A stretch of 24,331 nt of DNA from a virus (Duplodnaviria > Caudoviricetes). The DNA lies in IMG/VR virus record IMGVR_UViG_3300020044_002979, positions 1 to 24,331 of that record; one strand, written 5' to 3'. Every line of letters starts with the position of its first letter. Position 1 is the first letter of the stretch. Position numbers and translations under genes: made by a program. The notes beneath the pieces were generated by a model. That model was not told the DNA's origin. It saw nothing but the letters and a program-made list of their open reading frames with translations, and made no database searches. Shown here piece after piece: positions 14,588 to 23,971 of this stretch.

Positions 14588-15862
14588 TCATTGACCCCCT
14601 CTTGGGCGACCAAAACCTAAAATTTCTTCTAGTGTTTTTGGTTGTTTGACCATATCAAACGGATTGGTAATTGATTCATCATCACCACCAAGACGCTTAT
14701 TAATTCCTTGATATGTTTTCAATGAAGGCTCAATCATTTTCTTACGCTCAACAACAAGCGTATCAATGATTTTCTTCATGTTGTCGCGCTCTTTTGGTGT
14801 AAGTGTTCCACCTGTTGTCAATTTTTGGGCATAACTCTTAATGTTCTCAGGGACAGACCTAGAACCCAAAACAGTGGAAACATCACCAGCTTGCACAGCT
14901 CCAGCAGGGTCATAGACCTTTGCCACGTTGTAAATCATCGCGCCATCAGCGTTTGTGTTGCCCTTTTTGGCTTGCTCATAAGCAGCGTAGAAGCCTTGCG
15001 CTCTCATTGCTGTCTCGGCAGCGCCAGAGTCCTTCAACACACCTTCCCATTGGTTAATGGTCTTCAGTTGCTGAGTTTGAACAGCAGTTGGGTCAGCCAA
15101 GTTAATTTGTGGCTGTTCAGCTTTACGCTGTGTTGTTGCTTCAATGCGAATCTTGTCAACAGCGCCTGGAATGTTGCGAAGCTGGCTAACATCATCAGTG
15201 CCATAAAACAACAATGCGGCATTGCCTTCTTTGCCTGTTAGCTTGGCGACCTTTGGAGCGCCAGTGGCAACTACTTCTTGTTCATTTGTCAGAGGATTGA
15301 TGCGAATCAATCGTTCGTTTTCACCAACTTTTGTAAGTTCGCCTTGCATTGCCTTTTGAGCAGTCACCAATTCAGCCAATGTTTTGCGACCCTCTGGGCT
15401 TGCCATCAACACAGGTGAAAGTGATTGCAAATCAAGACCAGCAGCACGACCAGCCACAGCAGGAGTTTCACCGATATAGCGGCCATCTTCTTCAACCATC
15501 TGAGCAGGGATGCCAGCAACTGCTGGCTGATACGAACCAGCAACAGCACGGTCAATCAATTGCTGACGGGCCAATGCTTCTTTCTCACGTTTGCGCTTCT
15601 CCAGCAAATCTTTCATCTGAAAGCCTTGCACCTGCTCTTGCAGTTGGTTTTGCATCGCAGACGAATACAGTTTCTGGCCTTGTTGCAAGCCTTCAGCGAT
15701 AGATTGACCAGTGTTGCCACCTTGGAACAGTCGAGCAGCCAAGCCATACAAAGCCTGTGCTTGTGCGTCATCACGGTTGCGCTGAATGTCCTCTGGACTC
15801 ATACCCAACAAGCCAAGAGTCTGAGTGCCACCAGTGCCGAAAATGTCAAGTAGTCCAGCCAT
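14588..15862 (-). CDS. Internal virion/DNA ejection protein
   Basis: MAGLLD N-terminus, Gln/Ala-rich helical composition, and position in a P22-like ejection cluster. Confidence 0.7.
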   Translation of the reverse strand: MAGLLDIFGTGGTQTLGLLGMSPEDIQRNRDDAQAQALYGLAARLFQGGNTGQSIAEGLQQGQKLYSSAMQNQLQEQVQGFQMKDLLEKRKREKEALARQQLIDRAVAGSYQPAVAGIPAQMVEEDGRYIGETPAVAGRAAGLDLQSLSPVLMASPEGRKTLAELVTAQKAMQGELTKVGENERLIRINPLTNEQEVVATGAPKVAKLTGKEGNAALLFYGTDDVSQLRNIPGAVDKIRIEATTQRKAEQPQINLADPTAVQTQQLKTINQWEGVLKDSGAAETAMRAQGFYAAYEQAKKGNTNADGAMIYNVAKVYDPAGAVQAGDVSTVLGSRSVPENIKSYAQKLTTGGTLTPKERDNMKKIIDTLVVERKKMIEPSLKTYQGINKRLGGDDESITNPFDMVKQPKTLEEILGFGRPRGGQ

Positions 15863-15871
15863 GATTAGTCC

Positions 15872-16768
15872 TTAGTAGCCACTGATGTTCGCATAGTCAT
15901 ATTGCGAAAGATTTGCGTAAGGGTCAGATACAGCGGGTGAGCCAAAACTACCAAGCCAATTGCCAATGCTAGACAAACCAGCAGTACCGCCAAGATTCTT
16001 ATACAAACCGCCAACTGTTGCAGCAGTACCCAACAAGTTTTGCAAGGTAGATGTATCAGCAGAACCAGTTTGAGTTTGGCTTTTCAATGTCGCCATTGGG
16101 TTGCCGTACACGCTAGACAAGAAGGTTGCCAAGTTTTGTTGTGGTGCTTGCTGCTGAAAATTGAACCGTGCAATGTCAGACTGCAACTGTTGGCCTGTGT
16201 AGCCTTCACGGGCTTGACCAGCAGCCAGCAAGTTCTGAATGTCTTGGTAATCAGCTTGAGCCATACCTGGTGCAGCCATCGTTGCTGCTTGCTGTCGTGC
16301 GCGTTCATCAGCATAGTTCTGATAAGACAGTTGACCAGCAGTGTTGCTCAGTTGTTGCGCCAATTGACCAGAGGCACGGTCTTGCAGCGTACCCATTGCA
16401 CCAGAGCCATATCGACCAGCTTTAGAAGCAGCGGAGCCAATGTCACCGATTGCTGTCTGAAACTGTGTTATAGCAGCTTGTGCAGCAGGGGCAAACGCAC
16501 CTTGGAAGAATGGATTGCCTGACAGGTAATTGCCACTAATGGTGTTGCCAATTTGCTGCTGTGCCTGACTGACTAATGGACTGCCTTGCATTGCACGTTG
16601 CTCAAGCGCCTGAAGACCAGTTTGAGTAGTCTGAGATGGAGCAACATAGCTTTGACCTGGGTAGTATTGAGGTCCACCAGCCTGATACAGACGCTGCGCC
16701 TCACCCAATCCGTAGCTCAGAAATGGCTGGATTGTTGGATCAATTTGTGTGGAGGTAGTGACCGCCAT
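15872..16768 (-). CDS. DNA transfer/pilot ejection protein
   Basis: Gln/Ala/Gly-rich, with GRYGSGA and YQNYADERARQ motifs and a Gly-rich hydrophobic C-terminus. TAGGAG RBS. Confidence 0.7.
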   Translation of the reverse strand: MAVTTSTQIDPTIQPFLSYGLGEAQRLYQAGGPQYYPGQSYVAPSQTTQTGLQALEQRAMQGSPLVSQAQQQIGNTISGNYLSGNPFFQGAFAPAAQAAITQFQTAIGDIGSAASKAGRYGSGAMGTLQDRASGQLAQQLSNTAGQLSYQNYADERARQQAATMAAPGMAQADYQDIQNLLAAGQAREGYTGQQLQSDIARFNFQQQAPQQNLATFLSSVYGNPMATLKSQTQTGSADTSTLQNLLGTAATVGGLYKNLGGTAGLSSIGNWLGSFGSPAVSDPYANLSQYDYANISGY

Positions 16769-16831
16769 GATTAACTCCTAAAAGTTTTGGATTCCATAGC
16801 GGGTGATCCGTTGGAACCGATTATAAACACT

Positions 16832-17623
16832 TTAGCCAATAACAACATACGCATATGTCTTATCAGCCGTTGAATTTGCAAAATGCGTGATTGTTGCAGA
16901 TCCCTTGCCTTGGGAACTTATGTAAACATTGGAATAAGCCATTGGCGCAATGTATTGGACAGAAATGATTGCAGCAGGGATTGATGGTCTAGGGATTACA
17001 GAGTCTGCTGGGTAGTGTTCCAACGTCACACCAGTGTCTGAAACAGAACCTGCAATTTGAATGTAATCATTTGCGTTTAGGTCAAGAAAAATACTCATGT
17101 ATCCAATCATTGCTGCTGGATCACCAGTTGATTTTCTTGGTGGAATACCAAATCTTGATCCCGAACGAACAATGTCAGTTCCATTCACACGATACCAAAC
17201 ATCAGCATACTGATGATCGTTTGTGCTGTTTTGCAATTGAAGCGAAAAATTGACGTTATAAATACCGCCATTTCTTACATTTATCCGTGTTGAATTTGAA
17301 AGATATACGCCATTTGAAATTTCTGTTGTATCCCATGTAACAACAGCAGTAGACCCAACACTAGGAGCAGATTGATCTGTGTTATTTGAAAACTGACCAT
17401 AAGGCGCAGCATCTTCTTCAGCAGCATCTGAAAATGGAATCAGAATGATTTTGCTATCAGGACTGATGCGCTCATCGTAGAGCATTGTCGTTGTAGCGTT
17501 ACCAGTAGCCAGGGTTATTGTTCCCGTATTATTGGTTTTGCCATTCATGATGCCATTGACAATCTCAGCAACTGCCCGAGGATCTTGACCAAATGGAGGT
17601 AATGTTCTGAACATCGTTGCCAT
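16832..17623 (-). CDS. Tail needle/tip-like virion protein with C1q/BclA-like beta domain
   Basis: Follows the hub gene. The central VTWDTT..SNGV..INVRNGGIYNVNFSLQL...LDLNANDYIQI segment is a jelly-roll pattern. Confidence 0.55.
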   Translation of the reverse strand: MATMFRTLPPFGQDPRAVAEIVNGIMNGKTNNTGTITLATGNATTTMLYDERISPDSKIILIPFSDAAEEDAAPYGQFSNNTDQSAPSVGSTAVVTWDTTEISNGVYLSNSTRINVRNGGIYNVNFSLQLQNSTNDHQYADVWYRVNGTDIVRSGSRFGIPPRKSTGDPAAMIGYMSIFLDLNANDYIQIAGSVSDTGVTLEHYPADSVIPRPSIPAAIISVQYIAPMAYSNVYISSQGKGSATITHFANSTADKTYAYVVIG

Positions 17624-19071
17624 TAGCGAACTCCTTGTCCAGCCAAATCAACATCCAAAGAAACAGCAGTTGACCAATTGTTCCCAGTGGGCACAACCTT
17701 AAACCGATGGTAGTTACCGTTTGAGCGCAAAGACACACGGTTATCAGAATCTGCTGCCACCTGAGAACCAAACGATGGCACTTGGCTCAAAAGCGTCCTG
17801 GATGCCACGGAAACGGTCGCAGAGCCGTTATCTATCTGCGGCCTAGCCAATGTCACCACCGAGCGCCCACCAGCGTTCAAATCGCCTGTAATCAGTTGGC
17901 CTGTTGCTGGTTGGCCGTTGTACGTTACAACATAAGCACCAGAAGTTCCGCCAAGGAAATACTTGCCGCCAACGTATAGGATCGAGTCAAGACTTACGGG
18001 CAAAGCATCAATGCTGGCAGAAATAGAATCCAAATTCTCAAGCGTTGTTGCAGCAGTTGAAGCATCAGAGATGTAATCAGCGCCAGCATCTCCATATGTC
18101 CACTTTTGTGTCTTGAAGTTGTAAATGATGAGTTGACGCTGTGCAAAAGTTGTCTTGAAGTTCCAGATAATCAACTTGCGAACAGGGTCGACAGCAGCAC
18201 TCATTGTGGAGAATGCGCCTTCATCAGCGTTTGTAAAGAACCAGCGGTCAACCTTTTCCGCACCAATCGGCAGAATTTGCTGACCATCGCACATATAAAA
18301 ACCATCGTCAGACAAGAAAAAAGTCACGCCTTGAGTCTGAACAATAGACCCTGCTGCGATACATCCCTTGCCACGGCTAATGTTGTCAAACTGAAAGATG
18401 AAAGGCGTTCCGACATAGCTCATGCGGCTGATGCCTTTTTCCATGAACACTAAGCCAAATTCACCACCACGGATGCCAACAATCTGACCGCCATCAGCAA
18501 TGTCTTGGAAATCTGCTTGGGTTACTTGGCTAGATCCCCATGTGGTTTCATCATTGATGCCAGACCAACGAACCCGCGAAGGGTAAGTTGTGCTTGACTC
18601 ATTGGTAAATGCCGTGACAACAAAATCACGAACAACAGTGACAAACTTGCAAACTGGAGCGCCAGCAGCAAGATCAGCAAATGCTGTTGATGTACCCAGC
18701 GTATAGGCTTGCATCGGGTCACTGAAGTTTGTGCCAATAATCACATTGCCAAACTGAGTAAAACGAAAACGATCAGCGTTCGCGTTAGGAGTGTAGCCAC
18801 CAGACTTCGAGACATTGGTCACAACACCAGTACCACTTATGTCAAAAATCTTTGTTGAACCAGCAGCAAACAGCTTTGTTGCGTTAGCAGGAGTTTTACC
18901 AGCCACCAGCGTGACAAGACTTTCAGAAGCGGCTTGAGAAAACACAGCAGCAGTCGGCAAAGGACCGTAACCAATAGCCTGAGAAACAACGTTCTTGGCA
19001 TCAGTTAGCGCACCAGAAATACCAGGTTGATCTGGCATCCATTCGCCAAAGGTCAGTTTTGTAGTAGCCAT
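17623..19071 (-). CDS. Tail hub/packaged-DNA stabilisation protein (P22 gp10-like beta-propeller)
   Basis: FGEWMPDQP N-terminus, RVRWSGIND, GKGCIAAGSI and FFLSDDGFY motifs, 482 aa. Confidence 0.8.
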   Translation of the reverse strand: MATTKLTFGEWMPDQPGISGALTDAKNVVSQAIGYGPLPTAAVFSQAASESLVTLVAGKTPANATKLFAAGSTKIFDISGTGVVTNVSKSGGYTPNANADRFRFTQFGNVIIGTNFSDPMQAYTLGTSTAFADLAAGAPVCKFVTVVRDFVVTAFTNESSTTYPSRVRWSGINDETTWGSSQVTQADFQDIADGGQIVGIRGGEFGLVFMEKGISRMSYVGTPFIFQFDNISRGKGCIAAGSIVQTQGVTFFLSDDGFYMCDGQQILPIGAEKVDRWFFTNADEGAFSTMSAAVDPVRKLIIWNFKTTFAQRQLIIYNFKTQKWTYGDAGADYISDASTAATTLENLDSISASIDALPVSLDSILYVGGKYFLGGTSGAYVVTYNGQPATGQLITGDLNAGGRSVVTLARPQIDNGSATVSVASRTLLSQVPSFGSQVAADSDNRVSLRSNGNYHRFKVVPTGNNWSTAVSLDVDLAGQGVR

Positions 19072-19601
19072 GTGTTATTCCCAGTTGATTGCTCAGTCCA
19101 AACATTTGAGTTTGAGCTTACATCAGTCCAAACATTTTCGTTTTCTTCAACATCAGCCCAATTATCGCCAATTCTTACAGCGTCTATTGTGTAGCTGGCA
19201 ATGCAGCTTACGCTTGCTGAATCACTATAAGTGGCGTTGGCAAGAGCTGAAACAGTGCAAGTTCCAAGAACAGAAGATGAACCAGATGCCGTGATTCGAG
19301 CACTTGCAGTAGCAGATGCAATGCCGTTAACGCTAGAAGATGATGACCTGATCCTTGAGTAAGTGACAGACAGATATGCTTCACATCCAGCAGTACCACT
19401 ATCAGAAACCAAACGTGTATTATTTAGAACTGCACTTGCAGAGCAAAAAACACTAGCTGATGATGACTTTGTTGTTGAACCAATGGCCGTGACCGAAGCA
19501 ACGCCAACAACAGACGCAGACGAATCTTCATAGTCCGCATCGTATGTTGTATAGCCTGGGACCCAGTAGCCTGATTCAACGTAAAAGTCTGAGATCATCA
19601 C
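19053..19601 (-). CDS. Ser/Ala-rich repetitive virion-associated protein
   Basis: YVESGYWVPGY N-terminus, roughly 20-aa S/A repeats, and C-terminal W-x-x-V/N-x-W repeats. Confidence 0.65.
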   Translation of the reverse strand: MMISDFYVESGYWVPGYTTYDADYEDSSASVVGVASVTAIGSTTKSSSASVFCSASAVLNNTRLVSDSGTAGCEAYLSVTYSRIRSSSSSVNGIASATASARITASGSSSVLGTCTVSALANATYSDSASVSCIASYTIDAVRIGDNWADVEENENVWTDVSSNSNVWTEQSTGNNTWLLQN

Positions 19602-19639
19602 GCACCGCCAATAGTTTTACCACGTTGGTATTTTAAAAA

Positions 19640-20134
19640 TCACGCGCCGTTGACGCTATCAAATGTAACTTGGAAATCGTCAAATTCAGAAGAAATAACA
19701 ACGGCCTCATGTTCTGCAACTAATGGAACAGGCTCCACATACTTATTTTTGATTTCTTCGACCTTAGCCAGCCATTCTTCCATCGTAGCTTCACCACGCT
19801 GAGCTTTGAAGAACAGAGGATCTGACTCGGTGCGATATGCCTCTGCACGAGCAGCTTTGTTAGCAGCAAGGACAGCGGCAGCGTCAGCATCCAGTTCCTC
19901 TTGTGTCTTAGCCTCTACCTGAATGGTGAAGACTTGATTGTCCTCAACATATGCAAGGCAAGCCACAAGTTTCTCTGTTGCATGGTCATAAGGCTTCCAC
20001 AGAGTTACCTGAAGGTAGCCTAGTTCCTCGATCTGAGCCAAGGTAGGGCCACCAGCACCAAAGGAGGTGTTAGGTAGCATGGAAGCGTGATCGGCAATAT
20101 CAATGCCTGTTTCAGTTACTTTTGCAATAAGCAT
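19640..20134 (-). CDS. Putative fibre assembly chaperone
   Basis: Follows the LamG gene. YDHATEKL and RAEAYRTESDPLFFKAQRGE..W...VEEIK.KY motifs. Confidence 0.6.
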   Translation of the reverse strand: MLIAKVTETGIDIADHASMLPNTSFGAGGPTLAQIEELGYLQVTLWKPYDHATEKLVACLAYVEDNQVFTIQVEAKTQEELDADAAAVLAANKAARAEAYRTESDPLFFKAQRGEATMEEWLAKVEEIKNKYVEPVPLVAEHEAVVISSEFDDFQVTFDSVNGA

Positions 20135-20137
20135 TTA

Positions 20138-22165
20138 TTACCTCGTTGGAAATGGTGCTGTTGGGACGCTGAAGTTGGAAGTGTAACGAGCGTAGCCTTT
20201 GGTGATGCGCAGGTCTTCCATGTAGCCTTGTAAATCAACAGTGCTGTATCTTCCAACAAGGTTTGGAGATGCACTGCCAATTGATGCGCTTACAGTTGCT
20301 GTTGATCCTGTTTGAACACCGTTTACAAACATTCTCAAACTTGTTCCTGACCTGCACCAAGCTAAATGCGTCCAAGTATTTGTAGTCACTGCTCCGTTTG
20401 TGCCTGTTGCTACGTTTGAGGAGCCGTTAAAAACAAGCATTTGCCCAGCGCTGCCAACGTAAAACAAGTATGCGTTGGAAAATACAGGCGCATAGTTTGC
20501 ACCGCCTAAGCTGCCAAAGTTAACCCATGCTTCAACAGTAAAGTCACCTGTTCCAAAAGAAAATCTATCAGAACTTATGGCTGTCAAATAATCCCCACTC
20601 CCATCAAACGCCATCGAGCTACTGCCAAACTTAGCCTGAGCCGTGGACACCTGAGCATTACCCACAGTCACCAGATCGTTCAACGTAGCAGCATCGTAGA
20701 TACCAGCGTTGGTGCAGTTCAGCAGCAGGGATGTGCCTGTGATTGCTGTGACAGGGGATGTGGGTGGGGTGAAGGCTGCTGTGTAGACGGCGGTGCCTTT
20801 GACAATTCGGAGATTGCTCACATAGCCATTTAGTTTTGAATACGTAGTGGTTTGGTTTGACCCTGCCGACCAGTTACCAATACCTGTTTGAATTGACGCA
20901 CCAGCCCACACAGTATTAGTTGAGGATACTTGTTGGACGCCGTTAAGAAATAATCGTGTTGTAGTTCCAGAACGTGTCACAGCAACATGGTTCCATGCGT
21001 TTCTTGTCAATGCTGCGGTAGACAAAATTTCCCAGAAACTTCCACGAGATGACGTAGACCAAGTAGTAAACTTAACAAGTCCTGCCGAAGTGTAAAGAAG
21101 CTGGAAATTCTGACTTCCTGAGTTCCCATCGTCCTGCATTGCAATGAAGTTATATGCGTTGAACGCATTTGGAAATACCCATGCTTCAATTGTGAAATCA
21201 CCACCGAGCACGTTGGTTGCAGTGTTTGCAGGTATTGTCATCCAATCGGAGACACCTCCAAAGTAAGCACTACCGCCAACACTCGTTGCATAGCTCGAAG
21301 CAGGCTCAAACGGCTCAAAAGCCTGAACAGTTGGAGTCCCTGTAACAGTGATAGCAAAGTTGTTGCTGCTGTTGTCTTTGAAGCGGTTGCTCTGGCAAGT
21401 CAGCAGGGATGTTCCGCTTACTGCAGTCAGAGGTGTGGTTGAGGGTGTGAAGTTGCTGGTGTAGAGGGCAGTGCCTTTGACGATGCGAAGGTTGCTGATG
21501 TAGCCGGGGAAATAATGAGTATATGACGATTGCGTCAACGCACCTACTCTGAAAGTAGGCGTAGAAGGAGCCACCCAAGCCCAGTTATTTGTTGTCAGTG
21601 TTACCGAAGTTCCATTGACATATATAGCTCCTGTTGTCCCGTTATAAACAGCAGCTATGTGTACCCACGTATTTAAAGGAACGTTAAAAGAACCAGTTAT
21701 GCCCACTCCTGATTGATTTCTACCAAAGAAAATTAAGTTATCTGTTTTGTTGATATGTAATTGATAACTTGAAGTGCTGCCTGATTGATAATAATTACAG
21801 ATATTGGCCCTTGCTTTTCCATCTGCGTCATTAGCAGGCGTAGCGGTCAGAAAAACCCAAGCCTCGACAGTAAAAGAGCCATCAAGCACAAACGCTGTAT
21901 TTGCAGAAGCTGACAAAAAAGTGTTTGAGCCGCTGAAGTAATTACTCCACTGACCCTCAGGCCAGTACGGAGTCACAGAACCCTGAGTGGGCGTACCGTT
22001 GCGGGTGATGGTGAAGTTGTTGGTGCTGCTGTCCAAGAACGTGTTGTTCTGCTGTCCATTGGTTCCTGTGTCGTTCAGGAGCAAAGAGACATAGTTGAAC
22101 TGGGGATCACTGGACGCTGGAGGAGCAGCAGATACTGCGCCAGCAGTTTTAGAAGCAGCAAACAT
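20138..22165 (-). CDS. Concanavalin A-like/LamG triple-repeat virion protein (adhesin/fibre)
   Basis: Three repeats of (G/D)FT(V/I)EAWV...W.H.A......(L/I)(F/Y)(V/L)NG...GY...LRI.KG.A.YT..F..P. Confidence 0.88.
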   Translation of the reverse strand: MFAASKTAGAVSAAPPASSDPQFNYVSLLLNDTGTNGQQNNTFLDSSTNNFTITRNGTPTQGSVTPYWPEGQWSNYFSGSNTFLSASANTAFVLDGSFTVEAWVFLTATPANDADGKARANICNYYQSGSTSSYQLHINKTDNLIFFGRNQSGVGITGSFNVPLNTWVHIAAVYNGTTGAIYVNGTSVTLTTNNWAWVAPSTPTFRVGALTQSSYTHYFPGYISNLRIVKGTALYTSNFTPSTTPLTAVSGTSLLTCQSNRFKDNSSNNFAITVTGTPTVQAFEPFEPASSYATSVGGSAYFGGVSDWMTIPANTATNVLGGDFTIEAWVFPNAFNAYNFIAMQDDGNSGSQNFQLLYTSAGLVKFTTWSTSSRGSFWEILSTAALTRNAWNHVAVTRSGTTTRLFLNGVQQVSSTNTVWAGASIQTGIGNWSAGSNQTTTYSKLNGYVSNLRIVKGTAVYTAAFTPPTSPVTAITGTSLLLNCTNAGIYDAATLNDLVTVGNAQVSTAQAKFGSSSMAFDGSGDYLTAISSDRFSFGTGDFTVEAWVNFGSLGGANYAPVFSNAYLFYVGSAGQMLVFNGSSNVATGTNGAVTTNTWTHLAWCRSGTSLRMFVNGVQTGSTATVSASIGSASPNLVGRYSTVDLQGYMEDLRITKGYARYTSNFSVPTAPFPTR

Positions 22166-22173
22166 TTATTACC

Positions 22174-22620
22174 TCAAGGTGTGTAGTTCTGACCAACAGT
22201 CGTGCCGTACCAGTTTGTGCCGTCACTGAAGAAGGAATAGATGTCCATGCGAGAGGCAGTGCTTGTCACCGTAGGAGCAGTGCCAGATGGCCACTTCACA
22301 GTGGTCCAAGTCACACTGTAACCGCCAGAGCCAGTCTTCAACTGGATCAGGAACGACTTACCAGCCACTGCTGCTGGCATCGTGATCGTTGCACTTCCCG
22401 TCAACGTCAAAATCTGCACCGTGCCATTGGCCAGGCTAAGCGTGATGGCCGTGCTGGTGTTGGCCGTGTACGGCGTTTCAATGTAGTTGGTAACAGTGGG
22501 GTTGGTCAAAGCACCGTTAGTGCTTTCAACCTTGCCACTGTTGAGGTTTGTAAAGTTCGCATCGACCTCATTATGAGTTAGAGGCGAACCCTTCCCAGAA
22601 CGAGTTACGATGGTTGTCAT
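22174..22620 (-). CDS. Virion structural protein
   Basis: MTTIVTRSGKGSPLTHNEVDANFTNLN anchor plus a beta-rich domain ending VKWPSGTAPT..DIYSFFSDGTNWYG. Confidence 0.7.
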   Translation of the reverse strand: MTTIVTRSGKGSPLTHNEVDANFTNLNSGKVESTNGALTNPTVTNYIETPYTANTSTAITLSLANGTVQILTLTGSATITMPAAVAGKSFLIQLKTGSGGYSVTWTTVKWPSGTAPTVTSTASRMDIYSFFSDGTNWYGTTVGQNYTP

Positions 22621-23003
22621 GCAAATGTTACCGTTAAGTTGCTAGAAGCAATGCGGAAAACATCGCCGTTATCAATGGTTTTGGCAGTTGTCAGTGCGCC
22701 ATGAATCAACAGATTGCCACTTGTAGAAGCGTCCAAAATGCCGAAATAAGCAACAGTGCCCCAAGATCCAGTGGCTTGTGGAAACTCAATCGTTGCTGAA
22801 GTAGTAGACGCGCCGTTAGAAGGTGTAGCAAATGTCGCAGCTTGACGGGCATAGCCATTGCCAGAGACTTCCGTGCCCGTATTAGCGTCTGTTGGATCGC
22901 TTGTATAAAGTCCGACATAAACAGTCGTTGGGCTGGTGTAGGCAGTATTGCGCAGCACTGCGTTAACCAGAGCGTTCTCAAGATAGTTAGACATTGCTGC
23001 CAT
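22617..23003 (-). CDS. Virion structural protein (fibre-base/decoration type)
   Basis: MSNYLENAL, VYVGLYTSDPTD, EVSGNGYARQ, FPQATGSWGTV..FGILDA.TSGNLL motifs. GAGGTG RBS. Confidence 0.8.
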   Translation of the reverse strand: MAAMSNYLENALVNAVLRNTAYTSPTTVYVGLYTSDPTDANTGTEVSGNGYARQAATFATPSNGASTTSATIEFPQATGSWGTVAYFGILDASTSGNLLIHGALTTAKTIDNGDVFRIASSNLTVTFA

Positions 23004-23011
23004 GATTCACC

Positions 23012-23629
23012 TCACAAGGTTGTTTTGATTGAAAGTGGGACGCCTGAATACTGACCTTGTTCGTCAGAGCGCGTAATAGATGCCATAGCGCGATCAAACA
23101 TAGTTCCCCATGTGTTGATCCGTGCGTCATCCATAAGATATGGTGCAGCCTCAAGCAACGATCCGTAAAGCAAAGCATCAGGCACGTTAGCCAGGAAAGC
23201 ATTGCTTGTGTTCGTGCTGCTCAAGAATGTAGGTGCAGCAAAGTAAAACAGCTTCAATGTATATACAGAGTCTGGGATTGGAGCCAACTGAAAGTCGTTA
23301 GCCAGCACCGTGTAATTAACAGGCTTACCAAGTTCCCATGTGGGCGCGTTTCGGTTAAAGGCTGAAGGACTGTAATAAGTCAGAGACTGAACAGGGTTAC
23401 CAACAACCACGAAATCACGCACCTCAAGGAAGTCAGTTGGCAATTCAACTGTCTCGTCACTGGCGACAGTTGCTGTGGTCACCGACTTCAGCATCTGACG
23501 AATACGCAGGTCACGCCGTAGACGCAATTCAGCCAGCCGAATAAAGTCAGGAATCTGCGCTGTCAGGTCAGACCGAGCCAAGTAACCAGCAATGGTGGTC
23601 TGCAAATCAGCATAACTGGTAAAGCTCAT
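23012..23629 (-). CDS. Head-tail adaptor protein
   Basis: YADLQTTIAGYLARSDLT..IPDFI.LAE, LPTDFLE, PDALLYGSLLEA.PYL motifs, located after the capsid gene. Confidence 0.8.
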   Translation of the reverse strand: MSFTSYADLQTTIAGYLARSDLTAQIPDFIRLAELRLRRDLRIRQMLKSVTTATVASDETVELPTDFLEVRDFVVVGNPVQSLTYYSPSAFNRNAPTWELGKPVNYTVLANDFQLAPIPDSVYTLKLFYFAAPTFLSSTNTSNAFLANVPDALLYGSLLEAAPYLMDDARINTWGTMFDRAMASITRSDEQGQYSGVPLSIKTTL

Positions 23630-23941
23630 TTAAATCACTCCTGGGCGCGTACGCCATGCACGGTTGTCTGGGTTGTTTAACCACATTGCAAACCGAGCGT
23701 TATCAATAACATGGAAGCCGCGCATGATGCCTTGGTTGTTTAGTTCATCAATGGCAGTCAAAGGGATTGACGCTACCTTATTGCCATAGATTTCATCAGA
23801 CCACTTGGCACGTTCGTCATAGCTGTTGAATTCTTGCTTGTTGCGCTCAACAATTGCCGAAACATCTTGAGCAGTTTGAATGACCAAACCACCATTGCCA
23901 TCAGCGTGAGCAACAGATTTGCGAAATGTAGGGTTTTCCAT
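23630..23941 (-). CDS. Conserved hypothetical protein downstream of the capsid gene
   Basis: QDVSAIVERNK, KVASIP, WLNNPDNRAWRT. The start is trimmed to ATG 23941 because the longer ORF runs through the terminator. Confidence 0.8.
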   Translation of the reverse strand: MENPTFRKSVAHADGNGGLVIQTAQDVSAIVERNKQEFNSYDERAKWSDEIYGNKVASIPLTAIDELNNQGIMRGFHVIDNARFAMWLNNPDNRAWRTRPGVI

Positions 23942-23948
23942 AATTGCA

Positions 23949-23957
23949 ATTCTAGCA
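23949..23957 (-). promoter_or_regulatory. Extended -10 promoter (TGCTAGAAT)
   Basis: TGn-TAGAAT lies 7 nt before ATG 23941, just after the capsid terminator. Confidence 0.5.
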
Positions 23958-23971
23958 TTGGCAGTGTAAAT

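Noticed and set aside
19602-19639. Promoter in the AT-rich gap before the Ser/Ala-rich gene
   Set aside because: There are only partial -10 matches (TAAAAT, TAAAAC) and no supporting -35, which is too weak to call.
20138-22165. Diversity-generating retroelement or shufflon acting on the adhesin
   Set aside because: No reverse transcriptase or invertase is present. The repeat mismatches are not adenine-specific and are mostly at third codon positions.
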